In this document: piece after piece, positions 50,400-63,074 of the stretch
Numbering within the stretch: the first letter of the stretch is position 1
Layout: the number at the start of each line of letters is the position of its first letter
DNA from: Eledone cirrhosa
Taxonomy: Eukaryota
Length of the DNA stretch: 64,000 bases
Direction of reading: 5' to 3'
Assembly: GCA_964016885.1 (NCBI GenBank)
Contig: OZ024743.1
Span: 364,188,001 to 364,252,000, forward strand
Notes under the pieces: model-generated
The model's input: the letters and a program-made list of their open reading frames with translations, nothing else
Database searches by the model: none
What the model was told of the DNA's origin: nothing
Translations under genes and position numbers: made by a program

Positions 50400-52986
50400 T
50401 TTCTTTATTGGCCACAAGGGCTGACATCAAGAAAAACATTACAGACGGCACAGGACGGTACAGGACGGTACAATGTGGGTTTTGTGCGTGTAAATATTTG
50501 TATTATTTATATAAGAAAAGAAAAAAAGGACATAGAAACATATATATATATAAACAATAAAAATGAAAATTGAAACAATGAAAAAATTCCCCAATAGGGG
50601 GGGAAACCTCCGAGGGTTACTCGTGGCGAAAACCACACATCCCTCGGTCTTTTTCTGACCCAGGACTGCAGCTCCGTCAAGGAGACGAGCTGTGGAAAAA
50701 CGTGCCTGGCGAACGGCGACCACACCTGTTCACCGTCAAGGAAGCACCAGAGATGTCGCAGCCTCAGCATGTTTGCGCATCATCAGCTATGGCATGCCCA
50801 GTCCTCCACGCAACGGGTGTTGACAGCAGATGGATCGTCTGACCATGGGAGCGCGTCCCTTCCACAAAAAGCGGAAGAGGAGGCGCTCCATTTCGGTGAG
50901 AGTTGGGCCGGGAGAAGGGACGACGGTGAGGCGGTAGCAGATGACGGATGCGATGTACGCATTCGCCACCTCCGCCCGGCCTTTCAGGGACAGCTTCCTC
51001 TTTGCCCATTTCTGGGTGAGGGAGGCCACCTTGCTCGTCTTCTCGCTCCAGTTTTTCTCCATCTGGAGGTCCGGTCCGAACCAGACCCCGAGCAATTTAA
51101 CCAATCCGTCCGTCCAACGCCCCCACGACGCTATCGGACGGCATGGACATGCCTCGCCAGGTGCCGAGCTGCAAGCCCACCGACTTTTCCTGGTTTATCA
51201 TTGCTCCTGTCACCGCTTCGTATTCCTTGAGAGCTGTGCCGAGCATCTGGACGTGTCTGGTGCTCGATACCACCACGGTGACGTCGTCAGCGTAAGCCGA
51301 CTCGGATTTCCCGCAACCTAGTTCGCGTGGGACGCCGATCATCGCCTCCAGTTTGTGCAGTAACGGCTCGAGAGTCAATGCGTACAAGAGAGACGAGGCG
51401 GGACAACCCTGGCGGACCGAGCGCATGATGCTGAACGGCTACGACAGGTTACCGTTCACCCTCACAACTGGACAGATGTCGCTGTACATCGCCGTGATCA
51501 AACCCCTGAAAACGGGCCCGAAACCGAATGCATCGAGGACCGCCGCCAGGTACCGATGGTCGACCCTATCGAATGCTTTGGATTGATCCAAGTTGATCAG
51601 GGCGCCACCCGTGCCAGGTTCCTTAACCACCCTCTCTATGATGTATCGCATGAGGTGGAGGTTGTCGTGTATGGATCTGTCCGGAATGGCGCATATCTGC
51701 GCCTCTCCCACCACACCCTTGACGTCACTTTGACCCTCACAATTTTCTGCCTGCAGTAGGAGGGCACCAAGACTATCTCCTCACTCTTTAGGATTTCCAA
51801 AGAGTGTGACTTCGCCTCTTGGGGGGTGACGAAAAGTACGTCTACAGTGGCGTACTTTTTGCCTCGGGTGATGTGGGTTTTGCGCGCCCAGACGCACCCC
51901 AAGGCCTTTTGGATTTGAGCCTCCGTGGCTCTCTCCACCCGATGTGACTGTTTGCTTACGGTGCGGTATGTCACCGTGCGCAGCCGCTGGTCTTTGAAGA
52001 AATCGGTTGGAGGTTTCAGGGAAATTCTATTGTCGTTTCTTGTCACCATGTCTCTTGCGATTGCCATCTCCTCCGTGACTAGCACTGTTTCTATATTTCG
52101 GGCTACACCTGCGAAAGAAGTGGCCCCTTTTTCAGCGGCACCATTATTGCTGCCGCTACTGGTCTTGTTGTTGGTGCTGTTGCTGTTGCTACTGCTACAA
52201 ACGGTATTGTTGGTGTTGTTGCTGTTATCACTGTTGTAGTTGGTTGTGTTTTCGGTGCCACCGTTGTTGTTGTTCTCAGTGCAATTTGTATTGTTGCTGT
52301 TGGTGTTGTCGTTGTTTATTTTCTTGTTAGTGGTGTTAATATCGTTGTTGCATTTGTTGTCATTTTTTCTGTTGTCTGTATTTTGGTTGTCGCTGTTGTA
52401 GTTGGTGTGGTAATTTTTTCAAAATTAGTGTTCCCAGTGTTGTCTTTGTTCACGTTGTTTGTGGTGGTGTCTGTTGTAACAATGTTTGCAACCCTCCTCT
52501 CAACTTTTACGCCATTGTCAGACGACAGCAGACATATTGCTGGGGGCGTGGCTCAGCTATGTTTTTTTTTAAACAATTTTTTTTTTATTAAGTGAAATGT
52601 TCGAATATTTGGGCCAAAAAGCCCAAATATTATACTTCCCCCTTCACAGGGCAAAGTCTAAGGGCTTATATCCCTTACACAACAAGAAATATTTAACAAC
52701 AAATAATGTTAACAGGCAAATAAGCGACTTACTGGGAGCGAGCAAAAAGCGTCCGAACAGACCTGTAGTGACTAGCGCCACCTTTGCCCGGGGAACAAAA
52801 CTAATTGGAATTACTTTCCCGTGGCCCGAATATAAGGGAGTGTTCTGGCGCCTCTCTCTCTCTTGCAGCTTGACCTTGCTAAGGTAAACACCAATTCTTC
52901 TTTTGCTCCGCAAGCACAAACAATATGTAACGACAAAACATTACTACGGGCCTGGCCAATGTCTCAGCCAGTCGACCGTACCTTCT
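50398..52986 (-). mobile_element. internally deleted Tx1/L1-clade element with both ends retained
   Basis: 3' UTR 50398-50635, RT middle 50640-51715, ORF1 N-part and 5' UTR 51716-52986; 5' end GAAGGTACGGTCGAC resembles GAATGCTATGGTTGAC at 46096. Confidence 0.88.
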
Positions 52987-53309
52987 CTTGCAATCTTAAT
53001 TGGTTTATTTCATTTCTTTTGGCATGCCAGCTTAACCTTGTTAATAAATAATGTAAAAACATGCTAAAGTCTTGGTGAGATATCTATCATATAATATTGC
53101 TAAAATGGTGACCCCCGACGGAGGAGTATTTAAGTACGAAATATTCCTTTAAAATAATTAAAAAAGAAATTAAAAAAATTAGCAGTATTTTCAAAAAATT
53201 TCAACACGAACACGCAGCAAAACAAATCACCATCGCTAAAAATGGAAAAAACACAAACAAACTCTTTCGTTGCAGCAAACTCAACCCGAAAGAACAAAAA
53301 AATAAGGAA

Positions 53310-53880
53310 CGTATACATATTTATATTTAAGTATATCCCAGTAAGTCGCTTATTTGCCTGTTAACATTATTTGTTGTTAAATATTACTTATATTTAAGTA
53401 TCAGCCGTACTAAGAGTGAGAAATGAAATTTCCTTTCATTCTTTCCCATTTATCGTTTTCGGTGCACCCGGCCGACTAACTCACTCGATGTGCAAATTAG
53501 GCTGCTCAGCCGTTAATATGCATAAGGAAAGTATATACTTTCAAACGTTCAATCATCTGACAGAAAGGTATACGATGCTGACGATAGCTAATAAGCTTGA
53601 AACTAGTACATCGTTCCTGTGTCAGTGTTGAACAAAAGGGTGACGATGGTTGCCGAGCACTGTACGGCGTAATTCGGGATGTTTGTTTACAAACAAACCG
53701 AACATTATAATAAATGTTCGGTAAACCCATACGTACATATATATATGTGTGCATGTATGTATATATATACATACTACTGTACGTCTGTACACATATATGT
53801 ATGTACGTATACATACTTATATTTAGGTATCAGCCGTACTAAAAGTGAGAAATGAAATTTCGTTTCATTCTTTTCCATTT
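53310..53880. repeat. further copy of the 17230-17938 unclassified repeat
   Basis: Shared blocks, same orientation. Confidence 0.85.
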
Positions 53881-54059
53881 ATATATATATTAGTTTGACA
53901 CTTGATATAGTAAGAGAAGAGTCAACGTTTCGGAAGCTAGTCATCCATCAGAAACCTTTTAAAAAATGGAAAGATAGACAGTGAAAAGAAAAGATGGCGG
54001 GAAAAATTGTTTGAAGAAGCTCGTGTGTGTTCAGTCAGACATTGGGGGGTGTTATTATT

Positions 54060-54168
54060 GCTGAGGTTAACTTTGTCTTTCATCCTTACGGGGTCGATAA
54101 AATAAAGTACCAGTAATGTACTGGGTAATTGCTGGCCTTGTGCCAAAAGTAGAAACAATTATTATTAT
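54060..54168 (+). mobile_element. 5'-truncated SINE with (ATT)n tail, followed by (AGT)n/(GGT)n
   Basis: Core and 3' end match the 10148 family. Confidence 0.88.
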
Positions 54169-54169
54169 C

Positions 54170-54211
<42 letters not shown>

Positions 54212-54257
54212 GGTGGTGGTGGTGGTGGTGGTGGTGGTGGTGGTGGTGGTAGTAGTA

Positions 54258-54310
<53 letters not shown>

Positions 54311-54686
54311 CATACAACATAACTGTTTCTACTTTTAACATAACATTCACATAACATGTATTGCACTACCTTAAGTTTCAAGGCATGTGTGTGGCACCAA
54401 TTGCCGACTATACACGGCGGAGCAGAATTCATGAAGCAGTGGTGTAACGCCTTAGTTATCTCAGCCTGGTGTTTTAGACCTAAGCGTTGCACGGCTAGTT
54501 CATGCATTCTGCACTGCTGTGTATAGCCTGCAGCTGCCACCACGTCTATGCCATGAAACGCAAGGTTACGCAGTATATGTTACGTGTATTAATCATGATA
54601 AATTAGCTCTGTTGCACTAGATAGAGTGCTCTTTTCCTTTTTCATTCCCACACGCATCTTCGCTGCATATACACACAGATACACAC

Positions 54687-54764
<78 letters not shown>

Positions 54765-55977
54765 CCAAAATAGGGCACGCACAGGACAAAGACTGGAAAA
54801 AACGACGGAAAGACGGACACTCCCATCTCTTCAGTCAACCTCTGGAAATCACTACAGTTTCGGCTCATTAAGGTTCATACCTTGCGTGTATCTGCGTATG
54901 TCTACCATTTGTTCCAATGCACATTGGGACATAACAGAACAGGTAGAGACAAGTTATGCCTTTAGCCAAATTACACAAATATAGAAGAAAAAGCATCCCA
55001 AGTGCTTCAACAGACAAAGAAGGGGGAGAATGGTGCGATTCGTTTGTGTATCGTTCATGATAAATGCGCGTGCGTGTATCTGCGTGTGTCTGTGAATTTT
55101 TATGTCATTTTGTGTGTGTGTACGCGCATGCTTGCGTGTATATTTTTGTATGAGTGTGAGTGTATATAGACGTATGTGTCTGTGAAATCTTTGTATTGTT
55201 TGTGTGTGCACATTTGTGTGTGCGTGTATACATGTGTGTGTCTATGAATCCTTCTGTGTTTATTATGTGTGTATGTGGAAGAATGTACGTGTGTATATAT
55301 TTATTTGTGCGTGTTTTTGTTTTTTGTTTTTTGTTTGTGTATGTGCACGTGTGTGAGTATGATTTGGTATGAGTGTTGTGTATATGTTTATGTATGAGTA
55401 CGTGTATGTGTAAATATTCGTGTGTGTCTGTGACTTTTTGTATTATTTGTATGTGCGTAAATGTGCACCTTTGTGTGTATGTGTGTGTGTACACGAGTGT
55501 GTCTGTAAATATTTTATTTTTGTGTATGCGTAAGTATGTGTGTGTATGTTTATATATTGGTATATGTGAGTAAGTCTATGTATAAGCGAGTGTATGTGTA
55601 TGCGAATATACATGTGTGTCTCTATCGTTTTGTGTGCACGTCTATGCACATGTGTGTCTGTGGATTCTTCAGACCCACCTATATATACTACACGCACACA
55701 CACGTACATATATACACCTGTACATTCATGTATACACGTTGATGAGCTTTTTGTATGATAGTTGGTCTCTGTATGTGAATGGTAAGGCGTAAAGGTCCTG
55801 GTCTGTCGTGTGGGTGAGGGTGAAGATGTGTGTGCGTAAACTTGTCTTGTACATCGCCTTTCTTTTTTTTCCATCTTCCAGTCACTTCTATGCGCCAGCG
55901 CACTTCTCCCTGTCCTCCTCCTCTTTCAATCTTTTCTATATTTCATCTGCCTGTCAGCCACTTGTGGATTGTCTCTC

Positions 55978-56082
55978 TGTTGACCACTGGCCGTTGGTCT
56001 CTGTCCTCTGAGGCATTTTTCCCATTGCTGTCTTCGACAGCATTTAGCTGCTTTAACGCCTGCTCTAGCGATGAGTTTCCTC

Positions 56083-56135
<53 letters not shown>

Positions 56136-56390
56136 TTTACATATACATAAACTAGACAGAGCCATAGATATATATGGCAACCATTCACAGTGTGGCTCAA
56201 TGACGAATTAATTAGTTTATGTATGAGTGCGTGTATGTGTAAATATTCGTGTGTGTCTGTGACTTTTGGGATTATGTGTATGTGCGTAAATGTGCACCTT
56301 TGTGTGTATGTGTGTGTGCCACACTGTGAATGGTTGCCAAAAACACATATATATATATCTATGGCTCTGTCTAGTTTATGTATATGTAAA

Positions 56391-56427
<37 letters not shown>

Positions 56428-56532
56428 GAGGAAACTCATCGCTAGAACAGGCGTTAAAGCAGCTAAATGCTGCCGAAGACAGCAATGGGGAAAATGCCTC
56501 AGAGGACAGAGACCAACGGCCAGTGGTCAACA
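55978..56532. repeat. ~215-bp inverted repeat with 121-bp spacer
   Basis: Arms 55978-56196 and 56318-56532, each containing an internal (TA)n. Confidence 0.93.
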
Positions 56533-56863
56533 ATCAGAGCAATATATAAGAAAGTAAGTCCATAGAATCATTTGATAAAATATATACAGTATTTCTCCAC
56601 CATAATTAACCACACAAAAAATCAATTAAACGAGGCTATAAGTTTAAAATGAAGAAACAATAGATAAATAAATGGTAGCTATTTTATCCGCGATCAACAG
56701 CCACAGAAGATTTATACAGTATTTCTAATAGCCCGTAGAAATTGATTAGACATATAGTTAACCATACTCAGTTAGGTACAAAATCAAAGTTAGAAGAAAA
56801 AATGTACATAAACATACCAAAATGGTGTATATATTTTATCAAATGATTCTATGGACTTACTTT

Positions 56864-56921
<58 letters not shown>

Positions 56922-57220
56922 ATGTAGAAAGGTAACACACGAGTTGATATATATAAAATAGTAGAAAGGAAAAAGATTTTTTGTGTAGAAAATGTTGAAA
57001 AGATATTTTTAGTGAAATTTGAAAGCATTAATTTATTTACAATACCGGTTTTTAGCATTAAATGCATTGTCAATTGCGGATATTGTTAAGTTGCATATTT
57101 GTACAAATAGTGAAAATAATAATAACAAAAAAAAATATATAAAGAGGGGAAGAAAAGTTAATTTTCACATACGTGGTCCTTCAAAGAAGAAAGTCATTTT
57201 GTCAGTCCATCCTTCTCTGC

Positions 57221-57561
<341 letters not shown>

Positions 57562-57759
57562 GTAGAATAAACTCAACACACATCTAGCCCCTGATTTCTG
57601 TCCTTTGAGGTAGATTTTACCCGACGCTGTCACTGATGGGATTTTGCTGTTTTAACAACTTCCTTGCGTTGAGTTCTCATTATTCTACGAATTCTAATAC
57701 ACTCGCGCTTTAAATACGATCTTCAAGATAAATTTATTCATATACACACACACATATAT

Positions 57760-57837
<78 letters not shown>

Positions 57838-57840
<3 letters not shown>

Positions 57841-58056
57841 TTATAGTTTCAACGAACGTTTTTTACTATGGAAAATAGTCTATGTTGGACATAGAAGCCC
57901 CCTGGGCGGAAAAAAAGTGGACAGCTCCACCAGTGAAATTCGAAATTATTCCTGTGTAGTGTTTCATGTTATTTCAGGTCACTCGGGTAATGCTGTCCAC
58001 TTTTATCCATCCAGGGGCTTATATGCCCAATATATTAACTAAGTTAACTTTAAACT
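57838..58056. mobile_element. imperfect palindromic MITE-like element
   Basis: TATGTTGGACATAGAAGCCCCCTGG..AAAAGTGGACAGC mirrors GCTGTCCACTTTT..CCAGGGGCTTATATGCCCAATATA. Confidence 0.6.
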
Positions 58057-58194
58057 GAAAAATTCGCAATTCCCTCTACACGTCTAAAATAGACTGCTTT
58101 ATACAACGACGAGATACAATATTGGGGTCGCTATTAACATTAACAATAATGTATGTTGTAGAATATAAAAGAGAACATTATTAGCATCAACCTA

Positions 58195-58405
58195 GGACGG
58201 TATCAGTAGAGTGCCGGACACCATTCTTTGCGGCATATAGTTACAGTTCTTTACGTTCTGAGTTCAAATTCCACTGAGGTTAGCTTTGCCTTTCATGTTT
58301 ATGGAGTCAATAAAATAATGCCAGTAATGCACTGGGGTCGATTTAATCGACTTTCCTCTTCCCTGAAAATTGATGGCCTTGTGCCAAAGGTAGAAACAAT
58401 TATTA
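58195..58405 (+). mobile_element. tRNA-derived SINE, older copy
   Basis: Same core and tail as 1-210. Confidence 0.85.
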
Positions 58406-59149
58406 GCATCAACAAATCCATCTACGATAATTTCTTACGGAAACTTCATATTCTTTCCATGGTCAATATAATATCACGTACACTGAACTCTCTTCTAAAA
58501 CCACTTTGACTCTGACAGCTAATAGAAAATACATATTCGAAAAGAATACTTCTGGTTCATACACATTTCAGAAAAATAAATATGGAGATTTATTGTAGAA
58601 TTGTTTTTGAAATATCTATAGAATATGACGGTTAATAGGCTGGAAGACAATATCAGTAGAGTAACTGTAAAAGTGGATTCAGTGATATTCCTTTTCTTCT
58701 GGTGTATACATTTTTTTCACTTTTACATAACTTTACCCAACAAAATAAATAAATTACAATAAACCTAAGCTACCCGACATATACAAAATACAATTACAAA
58801 GCTACCACAACCAAAATTATTCATCAGAATACTTTACATGTAATCAACAAAATCCTATAGTTACAACAAACGTAAGCCAACCTAGTCACCAAATACAAAA
58901 TACAAATACTCAGTTACAAAAAGAAACAGCGTGTAGCACAATCAAACAACGTCATTACAACTAAAATATTGCGCCATCTACAATATATCTAACCAACAAA
59001 AAAAATATGAAACTTATAATAAAGTTTTAAAAAACTACAGAAACCAAAATTGTAACATCTGAAAAGAAACATTAACGTAATTAAACTAAAATAAAACCAA
59101 CCTATTATATGTTCTAACAACAATAGCCCATATATTAATGAAGTGACAG

Positions 59150-59462
59150 ATAATTGTTTCTACTTTTGGCACAAAGTGAACCTCGGCGGGATTTGAACTC
59201 AGACTATAAAGCGGCGTAACTCTATGCTGCAAAGCATGGCGTCCGACCTTCTACCGATACTGTCAATCCCCCGACAGATAATTGTTTCTACTTTAGGCAC
59301 CAGGCCAGCAAATTACCCAGTGCATTACTGGTACTTTATTTTATCGACCCCGTAAGGATGAAAGGCAAAGTCAACCTTGGCGGGATTTGAACTCAGCTCG
59401 TAAAGGGACGTAACTATGCTGGAAAGTATGGCGTCTGACTCTCTACTGATACTGCCAATCCC
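59150..59462 (-). mobile_element. two adjacent SINE copies (one internally deleted)
   Basis: Reverse complement of the 10148 family; GACAGATAAT occurs three times at the junctions. Confidence 0.88.
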
Positions 59463-59724
59463 CCGACAGATAATATTAAGACATTACAACAGATACTAGA
59501 CAGCAGCCATTATAGTTGTTATCTTTGAATTCATTGTTAGTACCATAATACAATACAACTATGACAATAACAGGATTGAAGCCAATTATAATAGTGTTTA
59601 TATAGAAACCTTTCCGGGGTGTGAGTAGAAAAGAATGTGGTCAAGATTAATGTACCTGACAAAATCAGTGCAGATAACAGGCTATCAATTGACAGATAAA
59701 AATCATTCGTGTTGAAATCAAATA

Positions 59725-60199
59725 TACTCTTGGGTCTCAAATAATGATAGGGGGGAAATAATCGGGTGGGTGGGGGTTGAAAAAAGCGGGGGAGTTGGAA
59801 TAAGCGGGGATTGGAAAAATCGGGGTGGGGGGATAAGTGTGGGGGGTGGAATAAGCGGGGGGAATAAGCTGGGAGGGGGGGAATCAGTAATTTTTCTAGG
59901 TTGTCTTCGTTGATTTTATTTAAAAACCAGAATTAGTCGTTTAGTTTACATATTGACGTTCCAACCCATCCTATTTATTTTATAACATATGGGATTTCTA
60001 ATGTACTTTTTTTGCATAATGTATAATGTTTTTTTATTTTTTTTATTTATAAAGAAAATTAATTGTTGCAGGAATTCTACCATTTAAAATATAATTTCGC
60101 CGGAAATAGATTAACAAAATTTAATAAGCAGTGGTGTGGTGGAGTAAGAGCTGAAAAATTAATAAGCGGGGGGGGGGAGCTATTCGAGACCTGAGAGTA
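59725..60199. mobile_element. Tc1/pogo-type non-autonomous DNA transposon (MITE) with G-rich subterminal repeats
   Basis: TIRs TACTCTTGGGTCTCAAATA / TATTCGAGACCTGAGAGTA with TA ends; AATAAGCGGG repeated internally. Confidence 0.72.
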
Positions 60200-60289
60200 T
60201 GTACATTTATATAAATATGGACAAATACGATGATGATGATGACGACGACGGAAAGTGGAGGAGGAGGAGGAGGAGGAGGAGGAGGATTT

Positions 60290-60480
60290 ATGCGTAGAGC
60301 TATTCCCTGTTGCTGGTAAATGTGTTGTCTCTATTAAACCCAATACTACGCCAATCCTTCGCACATCAAGGGCAGCAATTTCAGGTCTCTTCTCAGATAT
60401 ATCTCTTCGGTTGTCTGCCTCTTTTTCTCGGGTCTTGGAAATATCCTTTGAATGCTCGGCCACAAATGTGGCCTGTAAGT
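60290..60480 (-). mobile_element. possible RTE 3'-end remnant
   Basis: Charged helix followed by a C..C..RIG-like segment and a (TCC)n/(TCA)n tail; degenerate. Confidence 0.4.
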
Positions 60481-61185
60481 AAACGACGTGGCCAAACTAC
60501 TGGAATCGAGGTTTCTAAATGACTTGGGTAATCGTTATATTGGCTCCCACCTTTGTGGCACATCATATAATATCAATGATAAACCTGGTGTATCTGGGTT
60601 CATAAGAAGAAACATTTATCATATGACAGAAGATTACATCGCTTTTTTAAATATATTTTTAGAGTGTGCAGTTGTAATTAATATGACCAGATTCTTATTA
60701 TTGGCTGGTTGCTATGTTATGTAACATGTTTAATGCCTCCGTCAGTCAGGAATGACCAGGTTTCTGTATCTGAAAAGTTCATCCCGGGACGCAGGCCTGA
60801 ACAAGATTATTTTTTTATGGATGACCTGCAATAACCTTTGCAACAAGTTTCTTCTCGCCATGACACTGGTGTCGTTCAAAAGAAAGACAGGGGCTGATAC
60901 AGTTTGGCGCTTTGTGTCGTCGCAGAACATATAGAGCTGGCACAAATACTGCAAAGCATTCTATCCAACACTCTAACAATTCTGCCAGACCACTGCTCTG
61001 AACTGATACTTTATTTTTTCGACCTCGGAAAGGTGAAAGGCAAAGTTTGCCTCTGAGATTACATAGCTATCAAAATAAGAGTGAGAGAGTGTTACATATA
61101 GACCGGCACAGCGTGATACAAAAGACATCGTTTATGAGAAAATAGCACAGAACATGTAAGACACCATCACTAGATCCCTAGTCAA

Positions 61186-61797
61186 GTTTTTTTTTTCTTT
61201 TCTTTCTTGGGGAACCGATACTTTATTAGTATATATACAAAACATAGCCATAATTTTAAAGAAACAGAAAGAAAGAGACGTTCGAATGAGTATCCTCCAC
61301 AGCCAAATAACTTACCTCTGCCTCTGGGTCCCGCCCGACAGGATGGAGAATACATTGCCGCGGACGACGGTGAGGGAGACGCGCTGGAACAGCCACTCCA
61401 GCTCGCGGGGATTGTACCGGCAGGGAGCCAACTCCACTCCGATGGCAGTGAGCAGGGATGTGGTCCGGGGGTTAAGAACGCCGGAAGTCTCCACTGTTAC
61501 AGGCTCTACCACAAACCTATCAGAGAGCCGCCGGTACTTCAACAGCTTACTCTCTTCGGCTTGGCGGGCAGCAGAGCCTGAGCTGGTAGCTGAACACACC
61601 AGGTTGACACTAGAGTAGGTGTCACAGCACGTGGCATCCCAGATGAGGGGCCTACCCCCACGGAACGGAAAGATCGTTATGCCGTCCCCTCGTTCCAGCC
61701 CCGCTTGTTCGAGCTGGGAAGGGGAGCCTGCGCCGTCTACGCCATGCTATATGATCTCATTGAGAGCAGCATGACGTGGGAGACGGCCAGCACTGAA
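61186..61797 (-). mobile_element. 5'-truncated CRE-clade non-LTR retrotransposon (RLE domain)
   Basis: RHAALNEII..AG.PSQLE..GLERGDGITIFPFRGGRPLIWDATCCDTY...AEESKLLKY...PVTVETSG...LFQRVSLTVVRGN; A-rich tail at 61186-61206; (TAAA)n at the 5' junction 61799-61853. Confidence 0.82.
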
Positions 61798-61799
61798 TG

Positions 61800-61850
<51 letters not shown>

Positions 61851-62978
61851 TTTGTGAACAATAGCACCGTTGGTTACAGATTTCGAACAGGCCAATCACT
61901 GGTTCATTGACGTAAAGACATACATACATACATACATACATACATACATACATACATACATACATACATACATACATACATACATACATACATACATACA
62001 TACATACATACATGTATGTATGTATGTATGTATGTTATCGAGTATGGCCATTGCACGATATACCATTATTAATAATTATTAATTAATTCTATCGTGCAAT
62101 GCGTGTGCGTGAAGATATTTTTTAAAGTGAAGAAAGACTGTGCATTGAGCCAATCCCACTGTCTGAGCGACAGTAGCTATAACCCGAAAAGAAGAAAAGA
62201 TCAACATCATCGGTAACTACTGAGCCGCAGGTTTTATATCGGAGTTATCCCAGTTTCCTGAGTTGCCTTCTCCTAGAAGAATGCCCTGACAAAGGCTAGG
62301 GGTCCTTCACTCCCAGAGGTTTAACCGCGCGGTACATGTGTATATACATATTTACACACTTTTGGATGGCCGTTGACTCTTATGAGTTCTTCCGCCCTTT
62401 GTCAGGTTTTGTTTTTTGTCCTGCAGAGTGTCCAAAATCACACTCCTCACCAAGTAAACTTGGTGGGGCTGTCGGTTTAGTCGCCGACGACCCGTCCATG
62501 CGACAGGTTGTACTGGGTTACATGTTACCAATAGCACTCAAGAGTGACCCGATAATAACATACATACATACATGCATACATACATGGTGGCTGCCAACTC
62601 GTTTTCGAGTACGGCCACTACTTTATATCCATGTAGGAGAACCCCTACCGATGCGCTGAACGAGTGTGACTTTTTAGTGCAGCCAGCGACTTGAAAACTC
62701 TGGTACAAACACTACACTTGTGACAATTATTGACACATAGTGCTGGGCCCATGGTACCATGTGACGACAAGTGCAGAGAGATATCCAGATATAAAGCAAT
62801 GCCTGTGCCGTGAAGCTTTTATAGTGAGCAAAGGCACTGCACAAAGCCAGTCCCACTCTCTTAACCAAGATGATATTTACCAAAAAGAAGAACAAGTCAA
62901 CATCATTGGATACCATCAGGTTTGCAGGTGTTATATCAGAGTTTTCCTTCTAGAATTCTGCATACATACATACATACA

Positions 62979-63009
<31 letters not shown>

Positions 63010-63019
63010 TACCTATTTG

Positions 63020-63074
<55 letters not shown>

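Noticed and set aside
53915-53960. Minus-strand CTGATGGATGACTAGCTTCCGAAACGTT
   Set aside because: Probably a decayed PLE hammerhead, but the core is mutated and stem I pairs poorly, so it is not called.
54086-54350. Poly-Thr/Ser/Gly/His ORFs
   Set aside because: (AGT)n/(GGT)n microsatellite following a SINE tail.
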